NCBI GenBank assembly: GCA_043228905.1
Contig: JBHGNT010000014.1
Coordinates: forward strand, 1,364,001-1,428,000
Source: Azolla caroliniana
Taxonomy: Eukaryota > Plantae > Polypodiophyta
Length of the DNA: 64,000 nucleotides
Reading direction: 5' to 3'
Shown: positions 11,154 to 24,598 of the stretch, piece by piece
How the letters are laid out: each line of letters opens with the position of its first letter
Numbering within the stretch: position 1 is the first letter of the stretch
Translations under genes and position numbers: made by a program
The notes under the pieces: model-generated
Told to the model about the DNA's origin: nothing
The model's input: only the letters and a program-made list of their open reading frames with translations
Databases searched by the model: none

Positions 11154-13850
11154 TCAAAGCCTTGATGAGGGAGTCCGAGGAAGTTCTCGGCGCAGGATCT
11201 TTCCCGAACTTGATTTCGGGATTGCATCGATAAAGCTTACCTTTCGCACCTTCTTGTATGGAGCAACCTAAAAGTCACACGCAAAAAACCGGAAACCCAT
11301 GAATTCAATCATCTTCCAATGGTTCCGAACAAAAGATTAGATAGAACACGACAATTGCAACTCGATATAATACCTGAGGAGCCACGAATTCAATGACATC
11401 TCTCTCTTGCAAGGAACTCCCCTTTGCTCGAACCACATATGCAAACGGCACCTCCCCGGCATCTTCGTCGGGCAGCCTATTAACAAATGGATACCATATA
11501 TAAGTACACACTAATATATACATATACACACACTACAAAATGGCTCAGATATTCCATTCGCACTTACGGCACCACCGCAGCATCTTCAATCTCGGGATGG
11601 GTCAAGAGCAATGCCTCAAGCTCAGCTGGTGCAACCTTCAACATAGCAGAGAGTAAAAACATTTTAATTGTTTCTCAACCATTGGAATAATATCTTTTTT
11701 TGAACTGGGAAATCGATTCTCCCTCGGTGTGCATCAGAACAATATACAAAATGTCTACTCAATTCCCACCAATCATGAAGACATATTTCGAACATGTATG
11801 CGAAGGAAGCCACCCATAACCCCCGGATTTTCAATGGGATTCAATACCTGGAGGCCTTTGTACTTGATTAGCTCCTTCAACCGATCCATGATGTAGATAT
11901 ATCCATCATTGTCAATGTACACGAGATCACCCGTGTGGAGCCAACCGTCTTTCTCCAGAGTCGAAGCAGTTGCTTCGGGATTGTTTAAATAACCTAGATG
12001 TACCCAATTCCAAAGTCACTTAAAATTGTTGTTTAGATATCCTAAGTACCCAATTCAAAGTCACTTAAAATTGTCGAGATTATCTTTATTGGTTTTTTTC
12101 ACAACCTAACAAATCCCAATGTATTTGATTTTGGCTATAGAAGTTTTCTTGTTAGTTTAGTGTTAGAATAAAAGACCTTGCATTATATTGGGTCCTCTAA
12201 CCCATAATTCCCCTTGCTTGTTGGGAGGCAGTCTCTTGCCCGAGCTGGGATCGACCACCACAGCTTCCATTCCCGCTACTAAAGGCCCTACAGTTGCAAA
12301 GTTCTTCGCCTCCGTCCTAAGGGGGAAGATGGATATGATTCCCGCAGTTTCAGTCATTCCATAACCCTAATTCATGTCATAGTCAAGAAAAATGAGAGAA
12401 ACATCATAACTTCACACACATGATCCAACCTAGATGGGCAGAGACAAAATTGTATGCATGATTTGTATATAAGAAAATGAGAGAAACATCATCATAACTT
12501 GATCCAACCTAGATGGGCAGAGACAAAATTGTATGCATGAATTTTGTATATAAGAAAATGAGAGAAACATCATCATAACTTGATCCAACCTAGATGGGCA
12601 GAGACAAAATTGTATGCATGAATTTTGTATATAAGAAAATGAGAGAAACATCATCATAACTTGATCCAACCTAGATGGGCAGAGACAAAATTGTATGCAT
12701 GAATTTTGTATATAAGAAAATGAGAGAAACATCATCATAACTTGATCCAACCTAGATGGGCAGACACAAAATTGTATGCATGAATTTTGTATATAAGAAA
12801 GAGGCGAAACCGGATTCTTACCTGGCGGACATCGGGTATTTTGAATCGTGTAGATACTTCCTCGACTGTCTCTTTACCGAGAGGGGCGGCTCCTGTCGTG
12901 ATCTCGATGACCGAGCTGAGGTCATATTTGAGGGCCACGTCATGCTTTGCGAGCGCGAGCATGATGGGCGGGACAAGGGGTAGGCTGGTGACATGGTAAT
13001 CCTGGATGGCCTTCAGCATGTCCACGAAATCGAACCTCGGCATGGTCACGATCGTGTTGCCGCGCTGCAATTGGGCAAAGAGGATGACCGAGAGGCCATA
13101 GACATGGAAGAATGGGATGACGACGAAGAAAGAGAGGTCATTCTCACCCAAGAGGACGGCATCGGAGTTGATCTGGATGGCGCTGGCGATGATGTTGAGG
13201 TGGGAGAGGACAACGCCTTTGGAGAGGCCCGTGGTGCCCGAGGAGTAGAGGAGGGCGGCGGTGTCGGTCTGCCGGATGTGGACGGGCGGGGGGACATGGG
13301 CGGCCGAGAGGCGCTCGGCGTCGGACAACAAGCGATGATGATGATGATGAAGATGATGGTTCACGGATGGATTCGTTCCGGAGTCGATGACGAGGATGGG
13401 GAGGGTCAAGCCGGAGAGCTTGGGGAGGAGGTCGGGGTGCACGAGGATGAGCTTGGCGCGCGAGTCGCGGGCCTGCCTCGAGATCTCGCCCGGGGTGTAC
13501 ACGGGGTTCGCGGTCGTGGCCACGGCTCCAAGCCAGAGAATGGCGAAGAAGAGGACGGGGAAGTGGATTGAGTTGGGGGAGAGGAGGAGGACGACATCGC
13601 CCTGGGAGATGCCGAGGGAGGAGAGGGCCCGGGCCGCCGAGAGGATGCGGGAGCGGAGCTGGGAGAAGGTGAGGGAGAGTTGGGAGGAAGGATCGGCTAT
13701 GGCGATTCGGTGATGGTAGGCCCGCGCAGAGGTGATTTGGAAGAGGAAGGAAGGTATGGTGAGGTCCGGTGGGATGCTCAGCTTCCCTCGGGGGGAGGTG
13801 AAGATGAATGTGTTGGGGTCAAATCCTGCAGCAGCAGCTGAGTTCACCAT
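11154..13850 (-). CDS. 4CLL: 4-coumarate:CoA ligase-like peroxisomal acyl-CoA ligase, copy 1 (549 aa, 6 exons)
   Basis: Exons 13850-12822, 12366-12177, 11993-11848, 11635-11568, 11476-11374, 11267-11154. All introns GT-AG with consistent phases (1650 nt). Motifs [60 protein letters not shown]-terminal SSRL* is a PTS1. Confidence 0.93.
12421..12800. repeat. 81-bp minisatellite (5 copies) in intron 1 of 4CL-like copy 1
   Basis: TGATCCAACCTAGATGGGC at 12421, 12500, 12581, 12662 and 12743. Confidence 0.95.
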
Positions 13851-13945
13851 AGCTGCAGCAGAAACAGAGGCTTAGGAGAAACAGACACAGACAGAGAGAG
13901 AAGAAAGAGATCATATGTCAAGTCTTCACACACATACACATACTT

Positions 13946-13952
13946 ATTTATA
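13946..13952 (-). promoter_or_regulatory. Candidate TATA box of 4CL-like copy 1
   Basis: TATAAAT on the minus strand about 95 bp upstream of the ATG, followed by a CT-rich 5' UTR. Confidence 0.5.
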
Positions 13953-14029
13953 ATGTGGTAAAAAGTAAAAGCAGTTAAAATAAAAGAGAAAGATAAAAAA
14001 AAAAAAGCAAGGGAGTAGCATGGAGATCT

Positions 14030-14270
14030 ATGTATGACATATGTATATCCTTATGTATGCATGACATATGTAATAATGTATGTATGTATGTATATAATAA
14101 TATATGTATTGTATATGTATACTACTATCTACTATCTATTATGTATATGTGTATATGTATGTATGTATGGTATATGTATGTATGTATGGATGTATGTGTG
14201 TATGTATGACATATATGGTATGTATTGTATGTTTGCATGTTATGTATATGAATATCTATCTATATGTACC
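14030..14270. repeat. Degenerate (TATG)n/(TA)n microsatellite
   Basis: Read directly from the sequence. Confidence 0.9.
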
Positions 14271-14368
14271 CGAATATTAATCTTCTTCTCCTTCTTTTTA
14301 AAAGGATAATCCATTTATTAGTAAAAGCATATTTACATTGTTTGAATTCTCAAAGTGATTGGTGGAGG

Positions 14369-15647
14369 CAGTGTTGCCTTTTGACGACCGTTTTGAACGT
14401 TTTTGGCAAATTTAACCGTATATGAAGGTTAATTTGAAAATGAAACCGTCAATCTTGACGGGCATATATTTTATAAAAACGTAAAAATGAAGGTTTAAAT
14501 TTTTGTTAATACCGTCAAATTTTGCGAAGGCCAAAACAATAGTACATGTATTAGTAGTTACAAATTACAATTCATAGGCCATAGCATATACTTTTATTTA
14601 AGGAAAGTAAATGTGTAAAACATATGTTATGTGATATGATAAAAGTGAAGGAAAATAAACTTAGGGTTTCTCCTATTTTGAGCCCATTCCTCTCTTTTGT
14701 TTGTTTCTTTCTCTCTCTCTCCATTTGCTTCTACTTCTTTTTTTATTTCTCTCTCACTCTCTCCCTTGCTTTGATCAAGTTGTAATTCTTTCTCAAGCTC
14801 TTTGCATTGATCAAGTTGTACTTTGTTCTTTTTTTCTTTCCCATCCTCTCTCTCACTCACAAGTTATAATTGATCATTGATGGAATACATCCATAACTTC
14901 GCAACTCTCACACACAAGTTATAATTTATCATTGATGTCAATGCATGTCTTCAATTTTTACATGATGCAAAGGCTTGTGAAATGGAACTCTATAGGTTTG
15001 TTGACACTTTACTTTAAATTGTGAAGGCTATATTATGCATGAAACTTGGCGTATGTTTTGCAAAATGAAGGATTGACAATATAGTTTCCCTCATTTCATG
15101 AAATTATGGCACACTACTTTGGTTATTCTATCTACCACGGTTTCGTGTGAGAGAGGGTTCTCTAAGCAAAATCTCATCAAAGAGATGAAAAGAAACCGAT
15201 TGAATATAGAACATTTCGATGATTTAATGCGAGTCTCATTGAATGGGCCACACATTGAAGAAATAGAATGGGATTGTGTATAGGGATCGGCAACAATTCG
15301 GTTTAGGCTTAGCCGGTTTGGCCTGATCCAAGCCAAACTGGCTAAGCCTAAACCGTTTACGTGAACCGGTTTGGTAAACGGCTTGTAAACCGGTTTCCAA
15401 ACCGGCTTGTAAACCGGTTTAGAAACCTCCCTCTCTCTCTCTCTCTCCCTACCTCCCTCTCTCTCTCAGATGATCCACTATATACTATACATTGTACAAG
15501 CTCTCCCTCCCACTCTCTCTAATGTCTGTGGTCTCGACTCTCTCTCTCTCTCTCCCTTCTATGTAGTTCCTCTCTCTCTCTCTCTCTCTCCCCTCCCCTC
15601 TGTGTAGTCTCTCTCTCTCTCTCTCTCTCCTTATATGTTGTCTCCCT

Positions 15648-15686
<39 letters not shown>

Positions 15687-16082
15687 CTTGTGTGTTGTCT
15701 CTCTCCCCCTCTCTGTAAAGTTTATAAACGGCTTAAACGGTTTAGCCGGCTTGAGCCAGTTTGGCGAGGCTCAAGTCAAGCCGAGCCGAGCTCAAACCGT
15801 TAAGGCAAGTTCAAGCCTAAACCGAGCCAAGCCGCTAAGCCGTTTTCAAGCCGGCTAAGCCAAACGGTTTAGGCTTGAGCCGAGCCGTTGCCGATCATAA
15901 TTGTGTATATGAAATTAGGAAAGATTCAAAGGATAGAGGGGTATAATATATTGTTTATTACGAATATTCAATGTATTTACTTTTTGAAGGACAATTTTTT
16001 CAACAAACCATCATTTGATAGGCAAATGTTTTGGAATACCGTTCTCATGACAGGCAAGGTTGGCCGTCAAAAGGCAACACTA
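14369..16082 (+). mobile_element. Non-autonomous hAT DNA transposon with transposase dimerisation-domain remnant
   Basis: TIRs CAGTGTTGCCTTTTGACG / CGTCAAAAGGCAACACTA. 8-bp TSD GGTGGAGG/GGGGGAGG. Remnant STTVSCERGFSKQNLIK...RNRL at 15098-15280. Confidence 0.85.
15281..15899. mobile_element. hAT-type MITE nested in the hAT remnant, with a CT-microsatellite core
   Basis: TIRs TAGGGATCGGCAAC / GTTGCCGATCATA. Perfect 8-bp TSD ATTGTGTA. AAACCG/AGCCG subterminal repeats. Confidence 0.85.
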
Positions 16083-16646
16083 GGGGGAGGGATGAACCAT
16101 CTTGGGTGGCTAAAAGTGCAAAAAGGATTATCATCCTTCAAAGACGTAAGTGACATAGCTTTCCACAGAGTTAGAAAGTAAACGTGGTTGCAAAATGTAG
16201 TACATAGTAGTACTACTCAATATGTCCCAAAACACCTACCCATCTAAGGTGAGAGCTAGTGGATGGTATGGTGGCTTTGTCCATAGCTTCTTGATTTTTG
16301 CTGATACATTATAATGTCCTCCATGAATCCTGGCTAATACATGCTTTCGTTCTTCCAGGAACACAATAAAAAAACCTACCAGGTCTTTGACTGACTTTGC
16401 AAGACCTACCATTTTGTCTCATGCCAACCATTGTCTAGAAGCCAACACTAAACCATGTGATGTTGTAAAAATGTGGGTTCCATAAAAGCCTTTGTCTTAG
16501 TCATAATGCGTAGATGCATTGTAGAGCAATCCAAGTAAGACTTGTGTCCATGCAAAAAAAATCATTTGAATAAATTTGTCATCCCACAAATGAGATGATG
16601 GTGGTGCAAATGACCAAATGACACGATTATTAGAATTCAAAGAGGA

Positions 16647-17172
16647 ATGATAATGGTGGTGCAACGAAGTCATATGGAAGCTCTGTACATGTTAAAGGCA
16701 ATGCCAGAAGAATGGGAGCTACTATGCACCACCACAATATGGTTTATTTGGACTGCTCGGTGTTCTAAGGTGTTTGGTAATACTACTGTTCAGCTAGTGG
16801 AAAGTGTACAGAATGTTTGGATGGAGATGGTGCATATCTTGAAAGGGCAGTATGAGGATATTAAAGGTGAGACAGATGTTGTAATGTTGCATCGCCTCAA
16901 ATTTATTGCCTATTGGAAGAAGACCCCGTTTCTCACATTATAAAATTCAAGACCAAAATGGTGCTTAGCACCACCAGTATGGTTGTTCCCACCACCAATC
17001 ACATAACTTGGTTAAAGAGTGGTGGAGTGTTCATACTATTTATCCTTAAGGGTAGGGACCTAAGGAAGAATGCAACATATCAATGGTAGCTTGATGGTAG
17101 GTCAGCTTTATTGTAATAATTGTTCATAACTAATGAAGGATATTTTCTAGGAAAAAAAGAAAAAAGAAAAAT
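16647..17172 (+). mobile_element. LINE 3' end remnant (ORF2 C-terminus plus A-rich tail)
   Basis: WELLCTTTIWFIWTARCSKVF matches the L1-type W..W..RN..F C-terminal motif. A-tract at 17152-17171. Confidence 0.6.
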
Positions 17173-17179
17173 GATGGTA

Positions 17180-17650
17180 TTCTAAAATTTTCCCTAAATA
17201 TACAACTTACATCCTTTGACCTAGGTTGCATCTAATCAAGCAAAGCATTCAAGACAACGGTTAAGCAACAATACTTCCCGACCAAGAGCAAATCCTCTAG
17301 TCTGATCTACAAGATCAATAATACTTAATCCTCTTTTGGAATAAGGTAAGGCAATTACATCCCATTTTACTTTAGACCGAGCATGACCCTCAACGTTTCT
17401 AAACCACAAGAAATTTCGTATCGAACTCCATACTTGCATTATGTATTATTTGTAAAAGATCCAACAAGATAATATATACCATTTTGTTGCCAATATTACT
17501 TGGCCAAATTCCATAAAAACTGTTTTTTCCTTTGCGTCATTACGAGGGGTACCACTTTATCCTCAATTGTTAAAATCAATGCCTATTGTACATCCTAAAT
17601 ATCAAATCAGGGTACCTCGTGGGATCCAACGAAATTGTGGATGTGGATTC
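17180..17650 (-). mobile_element. LINE ORF2 remnant, downstream part (continuous with 26621-27050)
   Basis: I*YLGC, RNFLW...KVKWDVIALPYSKRGLSIIDL. Joins the 26621+ segment across TSD GTGGATTC. Confidence 0.75.
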
Positions 17651-18211
17651 TAGGAATTGACAACAACTCGACTAAAGCCTAAACTGAACTATTAAACTGT
17701 TTTTAAATGGTTTGGCAATTTGGCAGTTCAGTTCGGTTCGGTTTAGGCTTGAGTTTCCTTAATTAGTTTGAGCTCAGTTAAGGCTTAATCAACTTGGCTA
17801 TATCAGTTTAGACTTAACCTGTTTGGCCAAACTGGTTAGTCTTAACTAGTTTTGGAACTAGTTCAGTTTAAGTTTGGAAACTCCCAAACTGGTTGAAACA
17901 TTGGGTCATTTGAAACAGGTAATATGTCGCATTTTAGAACTGTCCGTCAAAAAATAGCACAAAATAGGTTGTTTCACAAATATAAGTGCCGCATGCATAA
18001 AGGAATTTCAGAAATGACCAAGAATATGTTGAATTTTAGCATGTCCAAAAGTTTAGGCCTTTCCAAAAATGCCTCAACAATAGACACTAAAATCATACAA
18101 AAGAGTGTACAAAATTTACTAAATGGCTACCACTTATATTTATACATATTTGTGGATTGATATTTTGATACAAAATACAAAATTTACAATTCATGTATCA
18201 GAAATATCACT

Positions 18212-19821
18212 TCACAAAGATATGCCGTCATTTTCAAAACTATTTGATGCATTAGAAGAGCTTTGTGAGGTTTCATCCTCATCATCACTAGCAACCAACG
18301 CATTGTCTTCATCCAATTGCAATCCAACGTCACCATGATTATGAGACATGCTCCTCGTTCGTATTTGTGTCGTGTCGGGAGCCACTTTTGGGATCTTCTC
18401 TTTTATTATCTTGATGGTGCTCTGTCTTAGATGTCCTATTTTAGTGAAGGAGAAGTCATACACTAATATGTCTACCGAATCCAATGTGAGAGTAGATATA
18501 CTCGGTAGATTCTTTCTTTTTCGCTTTTTGCTTATGCCTTCGACATCCTTAACCGTCTCTAAAGAATACCAATGAACCAAAATTCACTTAACGTGTTTGC
18601 CTTCTTCATCTTTCATTATTTCAAGAATTTTAGAAATCCAAAAGGGAAGGCCTAACTCATCACCACAAGCTAATGTCGTAACCAACATACCAACCTATAG
18701 CTCCTGCAAATTGCCTTGCCATCTTGCCTCTGTAGAACGTTATATTCTTAGTCCCACGTAAATATCTCTTTTTTGTTGGCGAACAAGATTATTAACTTCG
18801 GTATTTTCTAATGATTGTTGATGAGTCATGGACACCGAAGATCTTACACCAATATTCCATCTGAACGGAAGTTGGAGCGGCCAGTATCCGGCAAGGTGGT
18901 TTTCCAAAATCGTATGTTGATGATTGAAAAAGTTACCCCACTATTCAACATTTTGATTAGCCGCATACTTATTGGTGCGCTCAATATTTTTCTGTTTCTC
19001 TTCAAGGCATCGCATCCAATTTATCTTTTGGTCATTACTCGAAGTACTTGAAGCCAATTTTTTATGGTCTTCATACGACATTTGTTCTGCACCAAGGATT
19101 TCCACATCTGGAAAGCGCAATAAGAGCCTACAACCATGTCATGGCTCCCATTGTGAACTAGATGAGTATCGTTTGGCATACAATAGTGTCATGTTTTGAC
19201 TCGTAGAACTCTTTTTAATGAGGAAAACGTGATTGAAACTTATAAATTATTAAGTGGTGCAAGAACCTTATTTTTAGTCCCATCCCCATCCATGCAAAAT
19301 CGTTTGAAATCGTACACCTCGTTCAAATGTTGCACTTCTGGCTTTGGAGTATAAGCTTCTACGATCAACTTTGATAACACCAGCGAGTAAAAGCATCACA
19401 TCAAGCTAATTTCTTTGAGAACCTACTAAACATCTGATCTACGTGATCAAGGGTATGACCAACTAATAAGAAGTTCACCTTAATCTTCTTAAATATGTCC
19501 TTCTCTATGAGCATGCTCAAATAACTGAAAATAGTCGAGTTTTTGTTTTCTTTAGCTGTGTTGTCCAGTTGCACATATAGAATTGGCAGGAGAATACCTT
19601 GCCAAGTCAATAACACTCTTTTTATGACTATTACTGTAAGATTGGGATCATTGTGGATATTAGGATAAGTCAAGAAGACTTGAGGCCTAATTGATTGACA
19701 ACTTATGACAATCAAAACACTAAATGCATTTGAACAAGGCACTCATCAGCAATGTCCTTGGGCAACCTTTGAAAGTGCGGCAAACAAGTCTTCTTTTGAT
19801 CCATGTCATATATAATCAAGT
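18212..19821 (-). pseudogene. DDD transposase pseudogene, DUF7869/Sola1-like
   Basis: LIIYDMDQKKTCLPHF (IIDGMDQ-like), LYVQLDNTAKENKN and FLLVGHTLDHVDQMFSRFS motifs; acidic C-term also present at 52165-52285 (+). Frameshifts; 5' part cut by the copia LTR at 19822. Confidence 0.75.
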
Positions 19822-22078
19822 TGTTGAGATATCACGCTCAACTAGGCTTAGTTATTTTGTCATATATGCAACTTAGTAGTTAAATACATAGAATCTAGTT
19901 CGTGTGTTGACTTCAAAGTCTTAAATAGGACTTTATACTTGTACTTAAGAATGGATACATTCTAGATTCTCCACTACCAAGTACATTTAATATAGGACTT
20001 ACATTTGTGTACCTATATTCTCCTCACACTTGCACTCTTGCACATGAGATCTATATATACCTCATGGTGGGTATTTTTGTAACTTGATGTCTTTTTTATA
20101 TAAGTAAGAGTTCCTTGAGCTACATGTGTTAATCATCCCCCATCTTGTCTTAGTGTTTATAAGTGTACTTCCTCTCCTTCTCTCATACATCTACACACCC
20201 TCATATCACATAATCTTCCACTACTTAATCATGTACATGTTTAACTACTCACATAACTAGACACTAATTAACCCTAAGTTAATTACCTAATTATTACATG
20301 GTATTAAAACGTGTGGTTTAGCATATAAGCTAAGACCACCCAACTCATAGTGATTGTGTGTTTGATACACCGACAACAAATCCGGCTATCAACTATTGTA
20401 ATGCCGCTACATAGCACGTGTCTGTGACCAAAGGAAGAAAAGCCAAAAAGGAAGACACTACATCAACATGAACACACAGATGCATAGCTTGCTCCCTAGT
20501 GAAAGCAATTTCTCATCTTGGGAGTACAAGATGAACCAATACTTAGTCAGTTAAGGGTATTGGAGCTACATCGATGGCGCCCTTGAAAACAAACCTGACA
20601 TCACAAATGCCAACTACCCAACATGGGAGTAAGGGATGAATCGGGTGATGTACTGTTTGGCAACATGTGCCTACGATCACATGCTCTGTCACATTCAAGA
20701 TGCCAAGACGCCAAAAGAAGCATGGCTGAATTTGAGAAGAATCTTCGCTGCCAACACGATCGCCCGCAAGCTTCAACTCCGACAAGAGTTGAACAACATT
20801 CGAAAAAAAGACCTGATCGTGTCGGACTACACATGCAAGATCAAGAACATCTGCGATTCACTTAGATCCATCAACATAAACATTGAAGAGGACGAGATGG
20901 TGCAAGTGTGCTTGGGCGGCCTCGCACAAAGGTTCGACCTAATAAGGACGACAATCTTAGCGAGGGAGAACCCTCCTTCGTTCTTCAACCTTCAATCCAT
21001 GTTATTGGTCGAAGAGAAGCATGTTAGAACAAAGAGCAAGATGTTGGAAGGACAGATGTTCTTCTCGAACTCAAAAGGTGGTCAAGGACGTGGTCGGGGC
21101 GGAAGAGATCGTTTCGGCCAAGCCAAAGGAGCTCGAGTCTGCTAGAATCACGAAAGTAACTCAACCCGTCGTTAAAAAAACGGAAATACTCGAGGAACCT
21201 TCGGAAGAAGGGGAGAGCTTTCATGCTGAACATGGTCGGAAAATCAAGCCCGTTACTTGTAAATACTATGGTAAGAACGGCCACCACAAAGAGGAGTGCC
21301 GGAAGAAAAGAAGCGAGCCAGCTTCCACGAGTCGGAAAGTCACCAATTACACCACTAACTCCGAATTCAAAGACTACGAAGGCATGTTCATCATGAGGCA
21401 CAAAGTGAACACCATGTCGGCATCTGGTTCGGCCAACACATCTACAGTAGAAGAAGTATGGTTCGTTGATTCAGGTGCCTCAAATCACATGATGTCCCAC
21501 GCAAAGTAGTTCAGTGACTTGCATACGCCTGATTGACCCAGCTACGTGGAGATGGGAGACGACATCACATTCACCATTCGACATATCGGTAATGTTCCTC
21601 TCGGTAAGGGAAACAACAACAACATTAAGAATGTCTTGCACATTCCAACAATAACGAAGAGTTTGGTCTCGATCGGCCAAATTGTGGAGCAAGGCATGCA
21701 GGTTCATTTCAACAAGTGAGGTTGATTTATATAAAAAGAATGGTCAACTCATCATCAGAGGAAGGAGAGAAGGCCGAATGTTTATTCTCGATTCGAATGA
21801 GCTAAAATCGGCCATGCATGCCAAAGGTCTCAAAGATTAGACAAATATCGAGTTGTGGCACAAGAGAATCGACCACATCAACCTCCAACAGCTCCGAGTT
21901 ATGCAATTGAAGGGAGTCGTCAACAGACTTTTGGCCTTTAAGTTAAAACAAGTAGACCAAGTGTGTGAAGCATGTAAACTCAGCAAACAACATCGACTCT
22001 CGTTCCTAAAGGAGAGACGCGTAAGCAACAGCCTCCTTGACGTAATCCACTCGGATGTATGGGGGCCGGCTCAAACGT
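19822..22078 (+). mobile_element. 5' half of a degenerate Ty1/copia element (LTR about 19822-20298, degenerate Met PBS, gag, protease, start of integrase)
   Basis: TGTTGAG...TTACA followed by TGGTATTAAAAC. RKLQLRQELNN gag, WFVDSGASNHM, WHKRIDH..CEAC, HSDVWGP. Related to 54304-59728. Confidence 0.85.
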
Positions 22079-23345
22079 TGTCGTGAAAACAAATCCGTCA
22101 CTACGTGCGGATCGTAAGGCGGAACCGTCAGGGTTTTGGACGGGAAGGATTCGAAGTTTGCACTAGCTTTAGCGAGAAAGTATTTAAGATAGATTGAAAG
22201 AGAGAGAGATTGAGATAAGATAGAACGCTTGACTTTAGATTGAGAGAGGTTGAAATGGAGAGAGAGATTAAGATTGAACCCTTGACTTTAGATTTGAGGA
22301 ACAAGATATATCATCAATTGGATAACGAATTTTCTTCTTGTTAAATTCTTGATTAATACATAGCTCGTTTTTCCTTTTCATCCACTCTTTTAAATTTTCT
22401 TCTAATGTATGGATGGAGTAAGCTCCTCGATGTCGTGGCGGGATTTGGATAGCTCAATCTCCGCAATGTTTAGCGTTACCCGAACGAATAGCTTGTTAAT
22501 GTCCGGGTGATTAAGGTAGGGTAGTTAGAAACTTCTTTTAAAAACAGAAAATCAACTTAATTAAACTATGAAATAGTGAGGGAAAAACAGAAAACCAACT
22601 TAATTAAACTATGAAATAGTGAGAGAAAAACAGAAAATCAACTTAATTAAACTATGAAATAGTGAGAGAAAAACAGAAAATAGTGGTTCCCTTTCGATTT
22701 CTTCCTTCGTTAAGTGGGTTGCCTACGAGTTTTTGGCTACTCGAAATAGGCTTCAAGCATTGGTCGTATCCCCGCAGCAGCACCAAATAGATGTGAAGGA
22801 TCTATGTATGGATGGAGTAAGCTCCTCGATGTCGTGGAGGGATTCGGACCGGTGTATACCCTCTTGATGGCGAATCGGGCGGAGATGGTTGTCGGGCACC
22901 TCCGAGCCTCACACTCACTTAACAACTAATAGATGATTAGGCACAATATCTCTCTCACTCTCTCAAGCTCGCTCTCATAAACAATGGGGTAATGAATGTA
23001 GACAACAAGATTAATGAATATATTTATTAACCCTCTTTGTTAAGAGGTCTAGCACCAACAAGGAAGAGAGATTAGTGTTCTCTAACTAAACACTTCACTA
23101 ATCTCTCTTAAGCTTAAAGGTTACAAGAAAGAGGAGAGGAAGCTTCTAGCTCTTAATCACTTAGGAGATCTTTTCAAATGGGAGACCCCCACAAAGCCAC
23201 CACCATGTGGTTTATATAGCATTTACATTTAGGGTATGGACCTTTTACATTTCGATGTCCTTTAGCCCTCTTTCCTCTTGTCATTCCCTCTGCGTAGGTC
23301 CTTTAGCCATACTATGTCCTTGTTGATGCGCTCATCTTCACGACT
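22079..23345 (-). mobile_element. Rearranged gypsy-type LTR sequences (TGTCGTG termini at 22079, 22431, 22830)
   Basis: 22079-22330 is the reverse-complement homolog of 390-597. About 43-bp tandem repeat at 22541-22685. No clean TSD. Confidence 0.55.
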
Positions 23346-23739
23346 GGTCGTGGTGCTATCCAAGGGCTTAACAACCACATTTGCTTCCTAGGTTTTTTTA
23401 GATTTTTTTTCAAGTTATTTCTATTATTTCTATTTTCTTTAATTTTTTTAAAAAAATATTATATTTTTTCATCTACTATATAAGGAAAGACTTCTTATCA
23501 GTCTCTTGGTCGCATTCAACAAGTTCAAGAGCTCAGTAGCACAAAGAAATCAAAACTCTCAGTATTCGTGTTTTTTCTTCACTAGTCAAGAACAAGTCAA
23601 CATGAACAAGGGAAAAGTAATCATCATGTATGTTCTCTATGCCTAATTTTAAAGATTCCAAAAGATTCCTTAAATATGATTTTTTATCTTATACAAAATC
23701 TGAAATCCTTGAAGATTCCTTAAATATGCTTTTTTATCA

Positions 23740-24532
23740 GATGTAGTGCATCGGATTTCGGTTTTAAGCTTTGTGCTTTCAACCCACAACCTAATGTAGT
23801 GTATTGGATTGTGGTTGTAACCATTGAAATCCGATGCAATGCATCGGATTTTGGTGGAAACAACCACAATCCGATGTAGTGCATCGGATTTCAGTTGAAA
23901 AGGTAAAAATATGGCACATTTTCAACCGAAATAATCCGATGCACATCGGATTTTGGTTGAAAAGTAAAAATATGGCACATTTTCAACTGAAATAATTTGA
24001 TGCACATCGGATTTCGGTTGAAATGGGCAAAAAACATTGAGAAAAAGATGCATTCTGAATGCCAAAATTCACAAAATTTTGGCCTTCTTTGTAGGATTTT
24101 CCCAATTATTTTGGCATGTAGTGTAGGATTTACCTCAATACTAGGGTTTAAAGGATTTCTTTTTGTACTACTATCACTTATATTAAACATTATTTATTTT
24201 AGTGAGCCAAGTTAAAAGGTAAAAATATGGCACATTTTCAACCGAAATAATCCGATGCACATCGGATTTTGGTTGAAAAGGTAAAAATATGGCACATTTT
24301 CAACCGAAATAATCTGATGCACATCGGATTTCGGTCGAAATGGGCAAAAAACATTGAGAAAAAGATGCATTCTGAATGCCGAAATTCACAAAATTTTGGC
24401 CTTCTCTGTAGGATTTTCCCAATTATTTTGGCATGTAGTGTAGGATTTACCCCAATACTAGGGTTTAAAGGATTTCTTTTTGTACTACTATCACTTATAT
24501 TAAACATTTTTTATTTTAGTGAGCCAAGGTAG
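23740..24532. repeat. Palindromic AATCCGATG(CAGTG)CATCGGATT repeat cluster plus about 317-bp tandem duplication inside transposon A
   Basis: Motif at about 23740, 23829, 23869, 23933, 24250 and others. 23891-24215 is repeated at about 24215-24532. Confidence 0.85.
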
Positions 24533-24598
24533 AAGGTCCCAACCTTCAAATCAAATATTAAGTCTCCAGCTAAAAGGGGCTCTTAGCGCTCTCCACCA

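Noticed and set aside
12430-12750. 106-aa repeat protein ORF
   Set aside because: It is a translation of the 81-bp intronic minisatellite; exon 1 read-through stops at 12735.
12993-13713. Antisense and alternative-frame ORFs over exon 1 (also 43044-43770)
   Set aside because: These are shadow ORFs caused by high GC3 codon bias of the real exon.
11154-13850. Canonical lignin/flavonoid 4CL or a luciferase
   Set aside because: Box II is GELWVRG rather than GEICIRG and there is a PTS1, which fits 4CL-like peroxisomal ligases. Nothing specific supports luciferase activity.
14034-14309. Y/V/C/M-rich ORF
   Set aside because: It is a translation of a TATG microsatellite.
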